Virus record (IMG/VR): IMGVR_UViG_3300008110_000023
Span: 21,027 to 85,026 of that record
Source: a virus
Direction: 5' to 3' (one strand)
DNA length: 64,000 nucleotides
Shown here: in pieces, positions 19,197-29,462 of the stretch
Position numbering within the stretch: the stretch's first letter is position 1
Layout: each line of letters opens with the position of its first letter
The notes under the pieces: generated by a model
Database searches by the model: none
What the model was told of the DNA's origin: nothing
The model's input: the letters and a program-made list of their open reading frames with translations, nothing else
Position numbers and translations under genes: made by a program

Positions 19197-19442
19197 TTAT
19201 TGCATTATTTCATCAATGTTAATATTATTTTCATCATATAAATTCATTATCTTTTGAAATACAATATCTAATACTTCATATGGATTAGTTATAGTAGATG
19301 TTTCTATTTCACTTTCAAGAGTTCTTTTAAGGTTATATTGTACTTGAAATAGTACACAAGCCATATCTAATGCTTTTAAGCATCTTAAATGTTCCATTCT
19401 CTCTTCTGGTTCATTTAAATCAAATTCTATTTTTGCTATCAT
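19197..19442 (-). CDS. Hypothetical protein
   Basis: ORF track; tightly packed in the operon. Confidence 0.6.
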   Translation of the reverse strand: MIAKIEFDLNEPEERMEHLRCLKALDMACVLFQVQYNLKRTLESEIETSTITNPYEVLDIVFQKIMNLYDENNINIDEIMQ

Positions 19443-19747
19443 TTGTCTAGTTCTTTATAAATTAATCTTAAAATATCTTTAGCTAAATCACCTGCAGATT
19501 TGCCACCATGTTCTTGGTTATGCATTATATACTTAGCTACCTGATCATCTAAAGACATTATCTTTATTAAATTAGGTAACTTAATATATGATACATTTAA
19601 ATCACCTAACCAATAAGGTATACTAGTTCCTCTTTCACCATGAGGTACTTTTTGTGTGTACCATAAGCCATAAGGGATATCTTTGGGCACACTTGTTCCA
19701 ACGGCTATATACCTACCGTTTGGTTTTCTTCTGTATAAAGTTTCCAT
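19439..19747 (-). CDS. Hypothetical protein
   Basis: ORF track; ATGA overlap with the next gene. Confidence 0.6.
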   Translation of the reverse strand: METLYRRKPNGRYIAVGTSVPKDIPYGLWYTQKVPHGERGTSIPYWLGDLNVSYIKLPNLIKIMSLDDQVAKYIMHNQEHGGKSAGDLAKDILRLIYKELDK

Positions 19748-19954
19748 TTACTGAGTTATGTAGTGATTAATAACTATATCCAAAGCCATGTTGTAGAGTT
19801 GTAGTCTTAATAAATCTTGTATAGTATGATTAAGATGTACTTCTACATCTTTTTGTTCTTTAATATACTGAGCTATAAGACCACAACCTACAGGTATTGG
19901 AATATCCATTACCCCATCTTTAGTATAACTTTCAATGATTTCTTTAGGAGTCAT
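19748..19954 (-). CDS. Hypothetical protein
   Basis: ORF track; abuts its neighbours. Confidence 0.55.
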   Translation of the reverse strand: MTPKEIIESYTKDGVMDIPIPVGCGLIAQYIKEQKDVEVHLNHTIQDLLRLQLYNMALDIVINHYITQ

Positions 19955-20213
19955 GTTTTAAATGTAAATTATTAAACCTTTCTAAAGCTCTATCATAATC
20001 CATTATACACCATGCATATTTACCAAATGCAGTACTTTTAGGATAAGACTCACAATCATATCTTTTATTGATTTTCTTTTTAAATACTTCATAGTGAGTT
20101 ATTCCTTCATGTTCTACTTTGTAAATAAAACCATGTTCATTCTTGTCTAATTGTGTAAAGAGAAAGCCTTTAACTTCCCCTCTACCAACAAACTCTTTCT
20201 CTAATAGTTTCAT
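19944..20213 (-). CDS. Conserved phage hypothetical protein
   Basis: GRGEVKGF.F...YEVF...YP...FG..AW pattern. Confidence 0.6.
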   Translation of the reverse strand: MKLLEKEFVGRGEVKGFLFTQLDKNEHGFIYKVEHEGITHYEVFKKKINKRYDCESYPKSTAFGKYAWCIMDYDRALERFNNLHLKHDS

Positions 20214-20965
20214 TGTCTACTTTTTTTATACGCAGTTACACTTACACTGAAATATTTAGTACAATCAAGACATTTCATTTTCTTCTTAATAGTACCTAAT
20301 GCAGCTACTATATTACCATTAGAAATTGTATTATCTGATGCACAATAAGGACAACTACAAGCATCTTTACCTTTTAATACACCAACATGAGTTTTAGGTT
20401 TACCATAACCTTGTAGTTTTTGAAATACTTGTTCAAGTAGTAATACATCTTGTTTACAGTAAGTAACCATTTTATGCATTGCTTCTGCATTATTAAAGAT
20501 ACAAATATCTTTCCATAAGCCAAAGCCACCAGTCTCTAATTTTTGTCCAAGTCCTAAGAATTTACCAATGTAGTCAAGTTTATTAGAGTTAAATCTAAAT
20601 CCTTTTCTTGCCAGTTTTAGAGTATCTATTGATTTTATATCTGGTAAGCTAGGAACCCCATGAAATAGGGCCCTAGTCTTAAACCATTTAATATCATAGT
20701 TATCTCCATTATGACCAATAACTTCATCAGCTTTTAATATAACTTTTAAAAACTTAGTAATAAGAGATTTATCATCACCTCTTTTCCACTCTAATGAGTG
20801 TACTGTATCTTCACCTTCCCACTTATAACATATACAAATAACAGCTCTTTCTTTTAAGATGTTGTCATGTCCTATTTGTAATTTATACCCAACATTCCAT
20901 GAAAATACTATGTTTGGAGATGTTTCTATATCAAAAAATAATCTCTTAATTTTTACTGGTTTCAT
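20210..20965 (-). CDS. DEDDy / RNase H-like 3'-5' exonuclease with C-terminal Zn ribbon
   Basis: FDIET, HNGDNYD, YCKQDV; CPYC...CLDC. Confidence 0.85.
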   Translation of the reverse strand: MKPVKIKRLFFDIETSPNIVFSWNVGYKLQIGHDNILKERAVICICYKWEGEDTVHSLEWKRGDDKSLITKFLKVILKADEVIGHNGDNYDIKWFKTRALFHGVPSLPDIKSIDTLKLARKGFRFNSNKLDYIGKFLGLGQKLETGGFGLWKDICIFNNAEAMHKMVTYCKQDVLLLEQVFQKLQGYGKPKTHVGVLKGKDACSCPYCASDNTISNGNIVAALGTIKKKMKCLDCTKYFSVSVTAYKKSRQ

Positions 20966-20967
20966 AA

Positions 20968-21543
20968 CTAAAATTCTTCACTTGGTTTTATAGCTTCTTT
21001 CTTTACTTCTTTGAAAGATTCCTGATATGTTTCTAATGCCATATCTGGAGGTGAACTCACCTCTGCTTTTCTGTCTATTTTAACATTCAATTCCTTTTCC
21101 CAATATTGATATCTCTCTTCTGCTCTTGTTAAAGTTTGCATTACAGGATGATTTTCACCAATACTATGAAATCTCATTAAATGTAATTTATATTCATTGT
21201 TAAATTTACTATACCTACCCATCTTATAGTTATCAAAATCTACTTTATGTTCCATAGGAATACTAAATACAAACATTGTATGCATGTAATCAGGTTCATA
21301 GGACTCTATAAAATATGGATTTAGTTTTAATCTTTCCTCAAACATCAAAAAAGTAGTGTCTGCAGAAAATTCATATAACAAAAACAAATGTTCTGTAAAT
21401 TCTGGTTTATCAGAAGATGCAATATATGCATTTCTAAATTGCTTTGGCCCACCTGATTTACCCATAAATTCTGTTATATGATTACCAATCATTGGTAATA
21501 TATAAGAAGTAGATTTATTAAATTTCTTTGGTCTTTCCATCAC
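20968..21543 (-). CDS. Conserved crAss-like hypothetical protein
   Basis: ORF track; within the replication cluster. Confidence 0.6.
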   Translation of the reverse strand: MMERPKKFNKSTSYILPMIGNHITEFMGKSGGPKQFRNAYIASSDKPEFTEHLFLLYEFSADTTFLMFEERLKLNPYFIESYEPDYMHTMFVFSIPMEHKVDFDNYKMGRYSKFNNEYKLHLMRFHSIGENHPVMQTLTRAEERYQYWEKELNVKIDRKAEVSSPPDMALETYQESFKEVKKEAIKPSEEF

Positions 21544-22267
21544 TTATCTCCCCTACTAAGTTTAATATTGGATATTCAAATCCAAATTCTAATTCATCAA
21601 TCAATTTAACTAGCCTATAATTAAGACAGAATTCTATAATACCTTTATGTACACCTAGAGTTTCTACATATGCATTAAATACTATATCATATAACTTACT
21701 ATCTTCAGTTATATTCTCAAATAGTCCTTCTACATATTTAGGTCCTTTACGTGGAATACCTTTGATATTATCAGTACTATCACCAGTAATTACTTGTTTC
21801 CACAATAACAAATCAGCTTCAGATTTTGTAACATCTTTAACTTGTTTTGTTTTTGGATTAAAATGTAATCCTGGTATTTGCTGTAAATCTTTATCCATAC
21901 TGCAAATCATTGCTTCTGGATGTTTGCGTGCAATAATACTAATAATATCATCAGCTTCCAAGCCAGGATGATGTACAAAAAGCCATTTATTTATAAGATA
22001 ATCCCTTAATTCATTAAAGAATGCAGGTTTCTCTAGTCCTTTTCTATTAGCTTTATAAGCAGGATATATATCATATCTAAAACATTTTCCTATAGTAAGT
22101 GCTCCTATATAAGATTGAGCTCCTGTACTATCTAAAATGTCTAAAATCATATTATCTGCAAATTCACATACTTCTTCAAAAGTTTTTATTTCTTCATCTT
22201 TCTTGTTGTGTGTGGCTACAAATAATAGAAAATCTGCATCTATTAATGTTATGTTATTTTGTTCCAT
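21518..22267 (-). CDS. 5'-3' exonuclease / flap endonuclease (T7 gp6-like)
   Basis: LIDAD, YKANR, EADD, DKDL and GDSTDNIKGI motifs. Confidence 0.9.
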   Translation of the reverse strand: MEQNNITLIDADFLLFVATHNKKDEEIKTFEEVCEFADNMILDILDSTGAQSYIGALTIGKCFRYDIYPAYKANRKGLEKPAFFNELRDYLINKWLFVHHPGLEADDIISIIARKHPEAMICSMDKDLQQIPGLHFNPKTKQVKDVTKSEADLLLWKQVITGDSTDNIKGIPRKGPKYVEGLFENITEDSKLYDIVFNAYVETLGVHKGIIEFCLNYRLVKLIDELEFGFEYPILNLVGEISDGKTKEI

Positions 22268-22676
22268 GTAGTAATTTTATAAATTCATAAAAAGTATCTT
22301 TTGTCATAATTACCAATTCACCTTCTCCCTTCTTTTTATGAAATATAACATTAGGAAATGGCAATCTTTCTGGCATATTCTTTCCTAATAATTCTACCAT
22401 ACTGTCAAAGATCTCTTTATACTTTACACCTGATTGTACATTCTTTGCTTGTACATTATAAGGAATACCATATAAATCTACTTTACAGTCATCTAATAAT
22501 TTACTAGCTTGCCTACTTGTTTTGCAATAAGGATAGCCTAAGTCTCTGAACTCTTTTGCTAGTTGTCTCTCATAATTTTGACCAGCAGTTCTATTCCTTT
22601 TTCCAGTATTTTTATACTTAGGCTTTGCAGCAGGTAATTCATTTTTATTCTTCACAGATCTTCCCCTCTTTCTCAC
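22254..22676 (-). CDS. PD-(D/E)xK nuclease, probable Holliday junction resolvase
   Basis: G..YER.LA...TSR..SK.LDD.KVDL.....VQAK. Confidence 0.75.
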   Translation of the reverse strand: MRKRGRSVKNKNELPAAKPKYKNTGKRNRTAGQNYERQLAKEFRDLGYPYCKTSRQASKLLDDCKVDLYGIPYNVQAKNVQSGVKYKEIFDSMVELLGKNMPERLPFPNVIFHKKKGEGELVIMTKDTFYEFIKLLHGTK

Positions 22677-22684
22677 TATTTATG

Positions 22685-22906
22685 TTATTTTACAAGTGTA
22701 AATGCTTCTGCTGGCCACCAGGCTGACTTATCATTTTCTTGTGTAATCTTTACAGTATAATCTGCATCATTAATATCTTCTACATAATAGAATTTATCTT
22801 TAACTAACTCATTTCTAAGAGTTTGGCCAATAAATTTAATTTTACTATCTAGATTAAATGGTACAAATTCTACTTTTGTTTTAGATTTTCTTACTGTCTT
22901 ATTCAT
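22685..22906 (-). CDS. Hypothetical protein
   Basis: ORF track gives 22685-22930. The ATG at 22906 is preferred because the longer start overlaps the promoter. Confidence 0.55.
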   Translation of the reverse strand: MNKTVRKSKTKVEFVPFNLDSKIKFIGQTLRNELVKDKFYYVEDINDADYTVKITQENDKSAWWPAEAFTLVK

Positions 22907-22927
22907 AAAATAGTTTTTTTGGTTATG

Positions 22928-22935
22928 CAAATATA
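22928..22935 (-). promoter_or_regulatory. Bacteroidetes-type -7 promoter element (TATATTTG)
   Basis: Matches TAnnTTTG on the minus strand, immediately after a terminator. Confidence 0.6.
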
Positions 22936-22936
22936 T

Positions 22937-22967
22937 AAAAAAGAGAGGAATTTTTCAACCCCTCTCT
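22937..22967 (-). terminator. Intrinsic terminator
   Basis: AGAGAGG/CCTCTCT stem followed by a U-run on the minus strand. Confidence 0.65.
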
Positions 22968-22978
22968 AATTTATGTTA

Positions 22979-23251
22979 TTATGCGTTAAATGTATAATCA
23001 TTTTCTGGCCTTACTTCAGGAGTTTCCTCTACAGAAGGTACTGTATTAATCTCAGCAACGTCATCCATTAATCTGATAGTATACTTTGCAGTACTTGCGC
23101 CATTTCTTTTCTTGATTAAACCAAAAGTTTCTAAAGCTTCAATAGCTTCTTTCTTACTAATGTTATACTTTAAGGCAATATCTTCATTTGATTTACCTAA
23201 ACCATATTTCATAGTCAACAATTCACTTTTTTTAATTACAATCTCATTCAT
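22979..23251 (-). CDS. Hypothetical protein, possible HTH
   Basis: GKSNEDIALKYNISKKEA HTH-like segment. Confidence 0.55.
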   Translation of the reverse strand: MNEIVIKKSELLTMKYGLGKSNEDIALKYNISKKEAIEALETFGLIKKRNGASTAKYTIRLMDDVAEINTVPSVEETPEVRPENDYTFNA

Positions 23252-23282
23252 AGTTTTAAATTTTTAAGGTTAGTTATTATTA

Positions 23283-24317
23283 TTAAGAATTAATTATTTC
23301 TTCTGTTTCTTCTTTTTGTTCAACAATTTGTGGTTTTCTTATAATCTGATCTTCATTAATATTTAATTTAAACTTAAAATCAGTTAACACATAACCATCT
23401 TTTCCCATTGTAAAAGTAGATTTGATTTCTTCAGATACTAAAGCATTAATATAATTAAAATCATCTTCTAATATTAAAGCTTTTGGATTAGTTAAAAACT
23501 CACTTACAATAGCATTTACACCATGATTTTGAAAATTCTCAAAATAATTATGAGTAATTTGTCTAAATTTATCCCTAAAAGATTTAAAATTAGTAGAAGA
23601 CCAATAGTTATTAAATCTCATATTATTTGCACAATCATTTGCAATCAATAGAAGATGTAATAAACTTGCTTCTAAATCATAATTAGTAATCATTTCCATA
23701 CCTAACTTAACAGTTTCCTGATCATTAGACTTAAGCAATGGAGTTAATTGTTGTACTATATCAGCAGTTAATGGACCATTTTGATTGTTAATTACACTAT
23801 TTAAATCAAATACATTAATTATCTTAGTTCCTGCAAACTCATTATAAGCTTGTACTATAGTTTCTAAAATAGTTTTAGTATTACCATAACAGTGAACATA
23901 AACATATCTATTTAAATTAGGCGCAGAATTTAAATCAGTTTCATTTGAAAACTGTATATATTCATTCTTTTCATCTACAGTAACACCAATATGTTGTAAA
24001 ACTCTAGTATGAAGTCTTCCATTTAAAAAACTTATCCATTCTTTTACATCAATTACTACTGCATCTGCATAAGCTGTTGTTCTAGTAGTTTGTACAATAT
24101 TATTATTGTTTCTACCATAATCAGTAAACTTATATCTAGGAAAAGTAACATCTTTCATAAAGAATACTTTGCCTGCAAAGCCATTAAAAGAAGTTTGATT
24201 ACTTTCTAACCATTTAATAATAGTATTTTTTTCAGCCTCTGTTATACCAGAATATATTTGAGTACTATCTCCCCAATTATTTTTTGTTTTTACCTGAAAT
24301 TCTTGTATCTGTATCAT
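23283..24317 (-). CDS. Hypothetical protein associated with the AAA/VWA module (BRCT-like N-part, helical C-part)
   Basis: Coupled to the AAA gene by a TAATG overlap. Confidence 0.6.
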   Translation of the reverse strand: MIQIQEFQVKTKNNWGDSTQIYSGITEAEKNTIIKWLESNQTSFNGFAGKVFFMKDVTFPRYKFTDYGRNNNNIVQTTRTTAYADAVVIDVKEWISFLNGRLHTRVLQHIGVTVDEKNEYIQFSNETDLNSAPNLNRYVYVHCYGNTKTILETIVQAYNEFAGTKIINVFDLNSVINNQNGPLTADIVQQLTPLLKSNDQETVKLGMEMITNYDLEASLLHLLLIANDCANNMRFNNYWSSTNFKSFRDKFRQITHNYFENFQNHGVNAIVSEFLTNPKALILEDDFNYINALVSEEIKSTFTMGKDGYVLTDFKFKLNINEDQIIRKPQIVEQKEETEEIINS

Positions 24318-25501
24318 TATGCTATAATGTATTTAGTTAAAGTTTGTCTTAATGTTAACATTTTAAATTTTTGACCACATGCAAATAGTGATTTAACCAT
24401 ATGATAGTTAAGATCTGCTCCAAAATAATCTTCCATAATAAGCATTTCTATTCTATCTAAATAGTCTTTCTCTATTTTGTTTTTCTCTGAGAAAGTTACA
24501 GAGTAGTTTATTGCTCTAGTACATAATACAGATGCAATATCTGCTCTATAAGTACCTAGATTAGTACTACCTACTAATTCTCTTAGTTTAGTTCTTAAAG
24601 TATCCTCTGCTGCAGAAAACATTTCTTTTGGTGTGATTAGTTTATCTAATCTATTATTGATAAAACTAACAAACATACCAGAAGTTGCACTTCCAACACA
24701 GCCTTCACCTATCATTTGTATAAGAGGTAAATTGTTTTCAAAGTCTTTAATAGAACTAATTGCATTAAAGAAAGTAACTATACTTCTAGGATTTACTTTG
24801 CTATTTACAACTTCAGGATTAAGTAGTAAGAAGTTAATACATCTACCATCAATACCTTCTGCCTCAGCCCATTTAGCCCACTCTTGTACATCAAAAGTTA
24901 ACTCTACACTGATATACCTAGTTTGAACTGCCTCATCTATTTCAGTAACAGTATATTTACCGTTAGCAGGATTAGCACTTAGTACTATATGCCAGTTCTT
25001 AGGTAGTTTCCAAGAGATATATTCTTGTCTATCTATTAATTCCATACATGCTTGGATAAAACGCTGATCTGCTCTAGTCCAGTCATCTAATAATAGAATA
25101 CCTCCTTCAGTCTTATCTGCAATCCATTCTGGTGCTGCATAAGACATTCTTTTCTTACCTGTTAGTCTATATCCTTCTTTCTCATAAGAAGCAATAGCTA
25201 CTTCATCTACCCAGTTAACTTCAGGTATAACATCTTCTGTTACTTTAGCCATTTGGAATTGCTTAACTGGAAAACCAACTAAGTCACCTAATTCCTCTAT
25301 TTGTGCTAAGTTTAATTTAACAAAGTCAAGTTGTAGTTCTTTAGCTAATTGTTGTATACTACTAGTTTTACCTAAACCAGCTTCACCAATAACTTCTACA
25401 GCTACTGTTTTCTTACCTTCTTTTTGAAGGTCTTGGTTATTGCTTATAATATGTTTTAAGAAATCTTTTACTTCAGTTGATTTTAACTTAATATGACTCA
25501 T
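24317..25501 (-). CDS. MoxR-like AAA+ ATPase
   Basis: Walker A GEAGLGKT, DLVGFP, Walker B LLLDDW, SANP. Confidence 0.88.
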   Translation of the reverse strand: MSHIKLKSTEVKDFLKHIISNNQDLQKEGKKTVAVEVIGEAGLGKTSSIQQLAKELQLDFVKLNLAQIEELGDLVGFPVKQFQMAKVTEDVIPEVNWVDEVAIASYEKEGYRLTGKKRMSYAAPEWIADKTEGGILLLDDWTRADQRFIQACMELIDRQEYISWKLPKNWHIVLSANPANGKYTVTEIDEAVQTRYISVELTFDVQEWAKWAEAEGIDGRCINFLLLNPEVVNSKVNPRSIVTFFNAISSIKDFENNLPLIQMIGEGCVGSATSGMFVSFINNRLDKLITPKEMFSAAEDTLRTKLRELVGSTNLGTYRADIASVLCTRAINYSVTFSEKNKIEKDYLDRIEMLIMEDYFGADLNYHMVKSLFACGQKFKMLTLRQTLTKYIIA

Positions 25502-25522
25502 TGTTAAGGTTTTTTAAATGTT

Positions 25523-26668
25523 TTAGTTTAATTGAATTTTATAACCAGGAAGACTTTCATTTATAGGTGAAACTGTACTGTGTACCCAAAGCATTTTACC
25601 TCTAGGTTGTATACTACAATTACATTCACCATCTGTTAAATAAATAAGACTGCAATACTTGCCATAGTTATCATTATAATACTCTATAACAGGATCAAAT
25701 TCAGTCCCACCTCTTCCTTTTATTTCTATTTGAGGATTTCCCTTGTATTCCTCTACCCCACGTATTTTGGCATCACATTGAATGATTGTAACTTTTGTAT
25801 CTGTTTTATAAATATGATGAATTTCATTCATAAATTCACTTAATTCACCATCACTTACAGATCCACTAGTATCTATTGCTACTAAGATATGCCGTTTACT
25901 TTTAATCTTTAGCGCAGGATTGCCTGGATATCTCCTAGAATCTTTTTTACGTGTTTTGATAGTATATATCTTATTACTACCACCTGCAAATCTTCTAAGA
26001 TAACTTCTCCAATTAAACTTAGCTGGTTCTGGATTTAATAGTCTATCTAAAAATCCTTTTAATTCTCCTGGTACATTACCTTTGTTTTTAACAGCTTCAT
26101 AAGTAGCTTTCATTTGATATTCTACTTGTCTATCTATTAATTGTCTTTCTGCATCACTTAATTTACTAAACTGGTCCCAAGTTGCATGTTCTTTTGCAAA
26201 CTCTGGATCTGCTAGCATATTCTTAAGTGTTTCACTCTTGTCTTTATCCTTCAATAATTTCTTATAGTAATAATCTGTATCCTTTAAAGGCTCTAGAACT
26301 ATTTCAGGAAAACTTTGTATATGCAAAAAGTCAGAGGTTTTATACTTAGGATCTATTAACTGATTGATTGCAATATCTGCAGCTATATTAAACAATAGTT
26401 TATCACTATACTTATCTCTCAATGTTAAATGAAAGAAACATATATGCAATAACTCATGCTTAAGAACTCCATACTTTGTATTCTCAGTTAAACCTTCCCA
26501 AAATGTAGGATTAACTACTAATTCTGTATTAATACCTTGCTTTCCTACTCCAGCAGTTGGTACTCTAGGATCTACTTTTTTATTTAAGGTGCTCATAAAT
26601 ACACCATAAAAAGGCTCATTAATCATTAATGCCCTACTTATCTTGCTTACGCTCTGTAATACATCCAT
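25523..26668 (-). CDS. Metallopeptidase-VWA domain protein (DUF2201-like)
   Basis: HELLH...NIAADIAINQ peptidase-like part; MIDAS DTSGS, GRGGT, LTDG. Confidence 0.88.
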   Translation of the reverse strand: MDVLQSVSKISRALMINEPFYGVFMSTLNKKVDPRVPTAGVGKQGINTELVVNPTFWEGLTENTKYGVLKHELLHICFFHLTLRDKYSDKLLFNIAADIAINQLIDPKYKTSDFLHIQSFPEIVLEPLKDTDYYYKKLLKDKDKSETLKNMLADPEFAKEHATWDQFSKLSDAERQLIDRQVEYQMKATYEAVKNKGNVPGELKGFLDRLLNPEPAKFNWRSYLRRFAGGSNKIYTIKTRKKDSRRYPGNPALKIKSKRHILVAIDTSGSVSDGELSEFMNEIHHIYKTDTKVTIIQCDAKIRGVEEYKGNPQIEIKGRGGTEFDPVIEYYNDNYGKYCSLIYLTDGECNCSIQPRGKMLWVHSTVSPINESLPGYKIQLN

Positions 26669-26903
26669 TTGTTTTTAATATTTCATAAGCTAATTGTCTG
26701 TCTATTATATTATCACTATACATCATATGTAAAATAGTATCTTTATTCTCTAATAAGTCTAAATCTACATAATGTAGAGTAGTTATATTTGTATAAAATA
26801 CATACTCTCTTTTTATACTATCTTTATAAAAATAACGTAATTCATTATCATCAACAGAAGTTTTTGCATAGTGATATATTGCATATTTATCTTCTACATA
26901 CAT
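26634..26903 (-). CDS. Hypothetical protein
   Basis: ORF track. Confidence 0.55.
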   Translation of the reverse strand: MYVEDKYAIYHYAKTSVDDNELRYFYKDSIKREYVFYTNITTLHYVDLDLLENKDTILHMMYSDNIIDRQLAYEILKTNGCITERKQDK

Positions 26904-27859
26904 TGTATCAATTTATTAATAGTGTTTATTACTACTTCTCTTCCTTGATTTTTATACAAATCACTTGGATCTTTATCTTTAAAACAAATAGGATGATAGA
27001 TATAAGGTAGTTGATATTGTTCACTTGCTACTTTAGCTAAATTTAAACCTGGATTATCATTGTCATAGTATATATAGATCTTTTCAAATCTTATCTTTAA
27101 CTCTTTAATAATCTTATCTGGTATTAATGTAGATTCTGAGGCAGGAGCAACAGCTAGATAACCTAACTCTTTAAGAGTCATTACATCTTTTAAACTTGAT
27201 GTTATAAATAATAATTCACCATCAAAAGGCAATTGTTTATATCCTTGTACTACATCTGCTTTGATATTACCAATCCATTTCCACTCTGTGTTATATGGTT
27301 GATATATCTTATACAAATAGTTACCATAAGAATAAGCATAAACATATTCATCTTTAACATGAAATCTATTTCCTTCTACCCAATAGTATTCTAATGACTT
27401 AACATTATATAAGTCTAATGTGGCTTTTGTAATACCAAACTTATTCCAGAATGCTATGTCTTTAGTAGTATGTTCTTTAGATTTAACTTTGATGTCTACA
27501 TTCTTCTTTCTTATTCTTTTGATTACATTATCAGGATCTAATAACTTACCTTTCTTGTCTGTACTAAAGTCAAGATTAAAGTCAGAAGCTACTTTATTTA
27601 AACATTCTCCAAAGTTGTATGAATACTTTTTCATTACATACTGAAAACAACCATAGAATTCTCCTGTAGCAAAATCTTTATAATAAACACCTCTGTCTAG
27701 TTCTGTAACTCTACAAGTTGGTTTTTCATCATTTCTTAATTCACTACAAAAAGCTTCATCTAAGTTCTTTAAACTTGGAATATAATATCTAAATATGTCT
27801 TCTTCTGACACTCTTAATAGAATGTCTTCTATTGTTATTACCCGTCTTACCTCAATCAT
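26894..27859 (-). CDS. DNA primase (DnaG-like TOPRIM, crAss type)
   Basis: S.LR.D..P.C, YKDFATG, ITSSLKDVM, YYDNDxPG, KDPSD. Confidence 0.85.
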   Translation of the reverse strand: MIEVRRVITIEDILLRVSEEDIFRYYIPSLKNLDEAFCSELRNDEKPTCRVTELDRGVYYKDFATGEFYGCFQYVMKKYSYNFGECLNKVASDFNLDFSTDKKGKLLDPDNVIKRIRKKNVDIKVKSKEHTTKDIAFWNKFGITKATLDLYNVKSLEYYWVEGNRFHVKDEYVYAYSYGNYLYKIYQPYNTEWKWIGNIKADVVQGYKQLPFDGELLFITSSLKDVMTLKELGYLAVAPASESTLIPDKIIKELKIRFEKIYIYYDNDNPGLNLAKVASEQYQLPYIYHPICFKDKDPSDLYKNQGREVVINTINKLIQCM

Positions 27860-27885
27860 ACTACACTTTATTAAGAGTTAAAGCT

Positions 27886-27919
27886 AAAAAAAGTGGATAA
27901 AGATTAACTCTATCCACTT
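27886..27919 (-). terminator. Intrinsic terminator
   Basis: AAGTGGATA/TATCCACTT stem with a U-run on the minus strand. Confidence 0.7.
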
Positions 27920-27945
27920 ATTAGCTTGGCCTATACTACTAAATA

Positions 27946-28725
27946 CTAACCAAAGATAGCAGTTATAGGATCAACACCACCAATAGCATCTTTCTCAGGT
28001 GCTACAATAGTTCCAGTATATTCAGCTAAATCCAAATCAGAATTAAACTCAGATTTAAATTGACCATACTCATCATTTAATGCTTTGATAAATGCATTAT
28101 TAGATTTCTGATAAGTTCTCTCAATATGTCTAGTATAAACATCTTGATATTTACCATCTTTAACACCTAATAAAACTCTTACTCCATTGTGTGGAATAGC
28201 TTTTAAGATGTTTTTAAGCTCAGAGAAATCTCCTTTAAAGAACTTAGCAGTATCAGGCAATATAGTAGAATACTTTTTAGCAGCAGTATTATACTCTGCA
28301 TTTACCCAGTTACGGATAAAAGTATCAACTATACCTTCCTCACCATCATAAGCTTTTCTAGTACCTTCATTAACATAATACTCATTAGCATCTAATGCTT
28401 CTGCATCAACAGCCCAAGCAGTTTTACCATATTTGTTAATATACTGAGTTTTACCAGATTTAGAAACTCTTTGTTTATCTTTTAACCAATAAACAATTTT
28501 AGTGTTAATATTCTTCTCTGGGTTTCTTAAATGGAATTCAATCCTTGCAGATGTAGTTCCATCTTGTTCAGTTACATAAATAGGTTCTTGTTGCATTCTT
28601 ATACCTAATCCTGCAGCTTCTTCCATAGTTGGATTAACTGCTACTACTAGCATATTAGTAATACCTGAATACAATTTTTTAACTGCAATTACTTCTTTCT
28701 CACTTGTGTTAAATTCAATAGCCAT
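27946..28725 (-). CDS. Conserved crAss-like replication protein, possibly ssDNA-binding
   Basis: Lies between the AAA_24 ATPase and primase; beta-rich N-part. Function is inferred from context. Confidence 0.5.
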   Translation of the reverse strand: MAIEFNTSEKEVIAVKKLYSGITNMLVVAVNPTMEEAAGLGIRMQQEPIYVTEQDGTTSARIEFHLRNPEKNINTKIVYWLKDKQRVSKSGKTQYINKYGKTAWAVDAEALDANEYYVNEGTRKAYDGEEGIVDTFIRNWVNAEYNTAAKKYSTILPDTAKFFKGDFSELKNILKAIPHNGVRVLLGVKDGKYQDVYTRHIERTYQKSNNAFIKALNDEYGQFKSEFNSDLDLAEYTGTIVAPEKDAIGGVDPITAIFG

Positions 28726-28767
28726 AATTTGTTTTTTTTTAAGTTGTTTTTAATGTTGTTTTATTAA

Positions 28768-29460
28768 TTAATCAATATAAATTTTTTCCCATGCAAACTC
28801 AAATGTTTGACCTTTTAAGTGCTCACATCTAGAGCCACATGTAATCTCTTCTTTAGACTCAAAAGTAATTTTCATACCTTCTGCTTCTCTATAAAGATAG
28901 CCAATTGCATCTGCATTTTGACAGATAATATTTTTAATTTTACCTGTAAAATCTAAATCCTTAGCACTTACTTCTTTACCTTTTAGTTCAGTAAATTTAT
29001 CTTTAAGATGTGCTACAAGAATAATGTTATCAGCAAGAGTATAGATTTTATCAATCCAATCTTTCATTGCCAATCTTAAATGCAGATAACCAGCACCATT
29101 AGGTAATTCTAGTACAGAGTTACCTTGAAAGTTTTTACCAATTGCACTTGCTTTATACTTAACAGTTGCTTCTGCTTCTGCCCATTCCTCTAATTTAGTA
29201 GCAGTATCTATTGCTACATATTTATAAGGTCTTTTAGCAGCATGAATAGCTTTACCAATTTCTGTTAACTCAGCAAGATTATTAGCTTTAACTTTTAATG
29301 CATCTAAATACTTACTACCATCTTCTAAATCAATAATTAAACAATTATCTAATTTAGATAATAATGTAGTCTTCCCAGTTTTGGGAAGAGAATACATTAT
29401 AAACACTTTAGGACTTAGTCTCTCTGCAGCCACTTTAGCAGTAGGTAGTGTAATTGCCAT
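28768..29460 (-). CDS. AAA_24 / Sak4-like ATPase
   Basis: PKTGKTT, IIDLEDG, VAIDT, LVAH, ADAIGY. Confidence 0.82.
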   Translation of the reverse strand: MAITLPTAKVAAERLSPKVFIMYSLPKTGKTTLLSKLDNCLIIDLEDGSKYLDALKVKANNLAELTEIGKAIHAAKRPYKYVAIDTATKLEEWAEAEATVKYKASAIGKNFQGNSVLELPNGAGYLHLRLAMKDWIDKIYTLADNIILVAHLKDKFTELKGKEVSAKDLDFTGKIKNIICQNADAIGYLYREAEGMKITFESKEEITCGSRCEHLKGQTFEFAWEKIYID

Positions 29461-29462
29461 AA

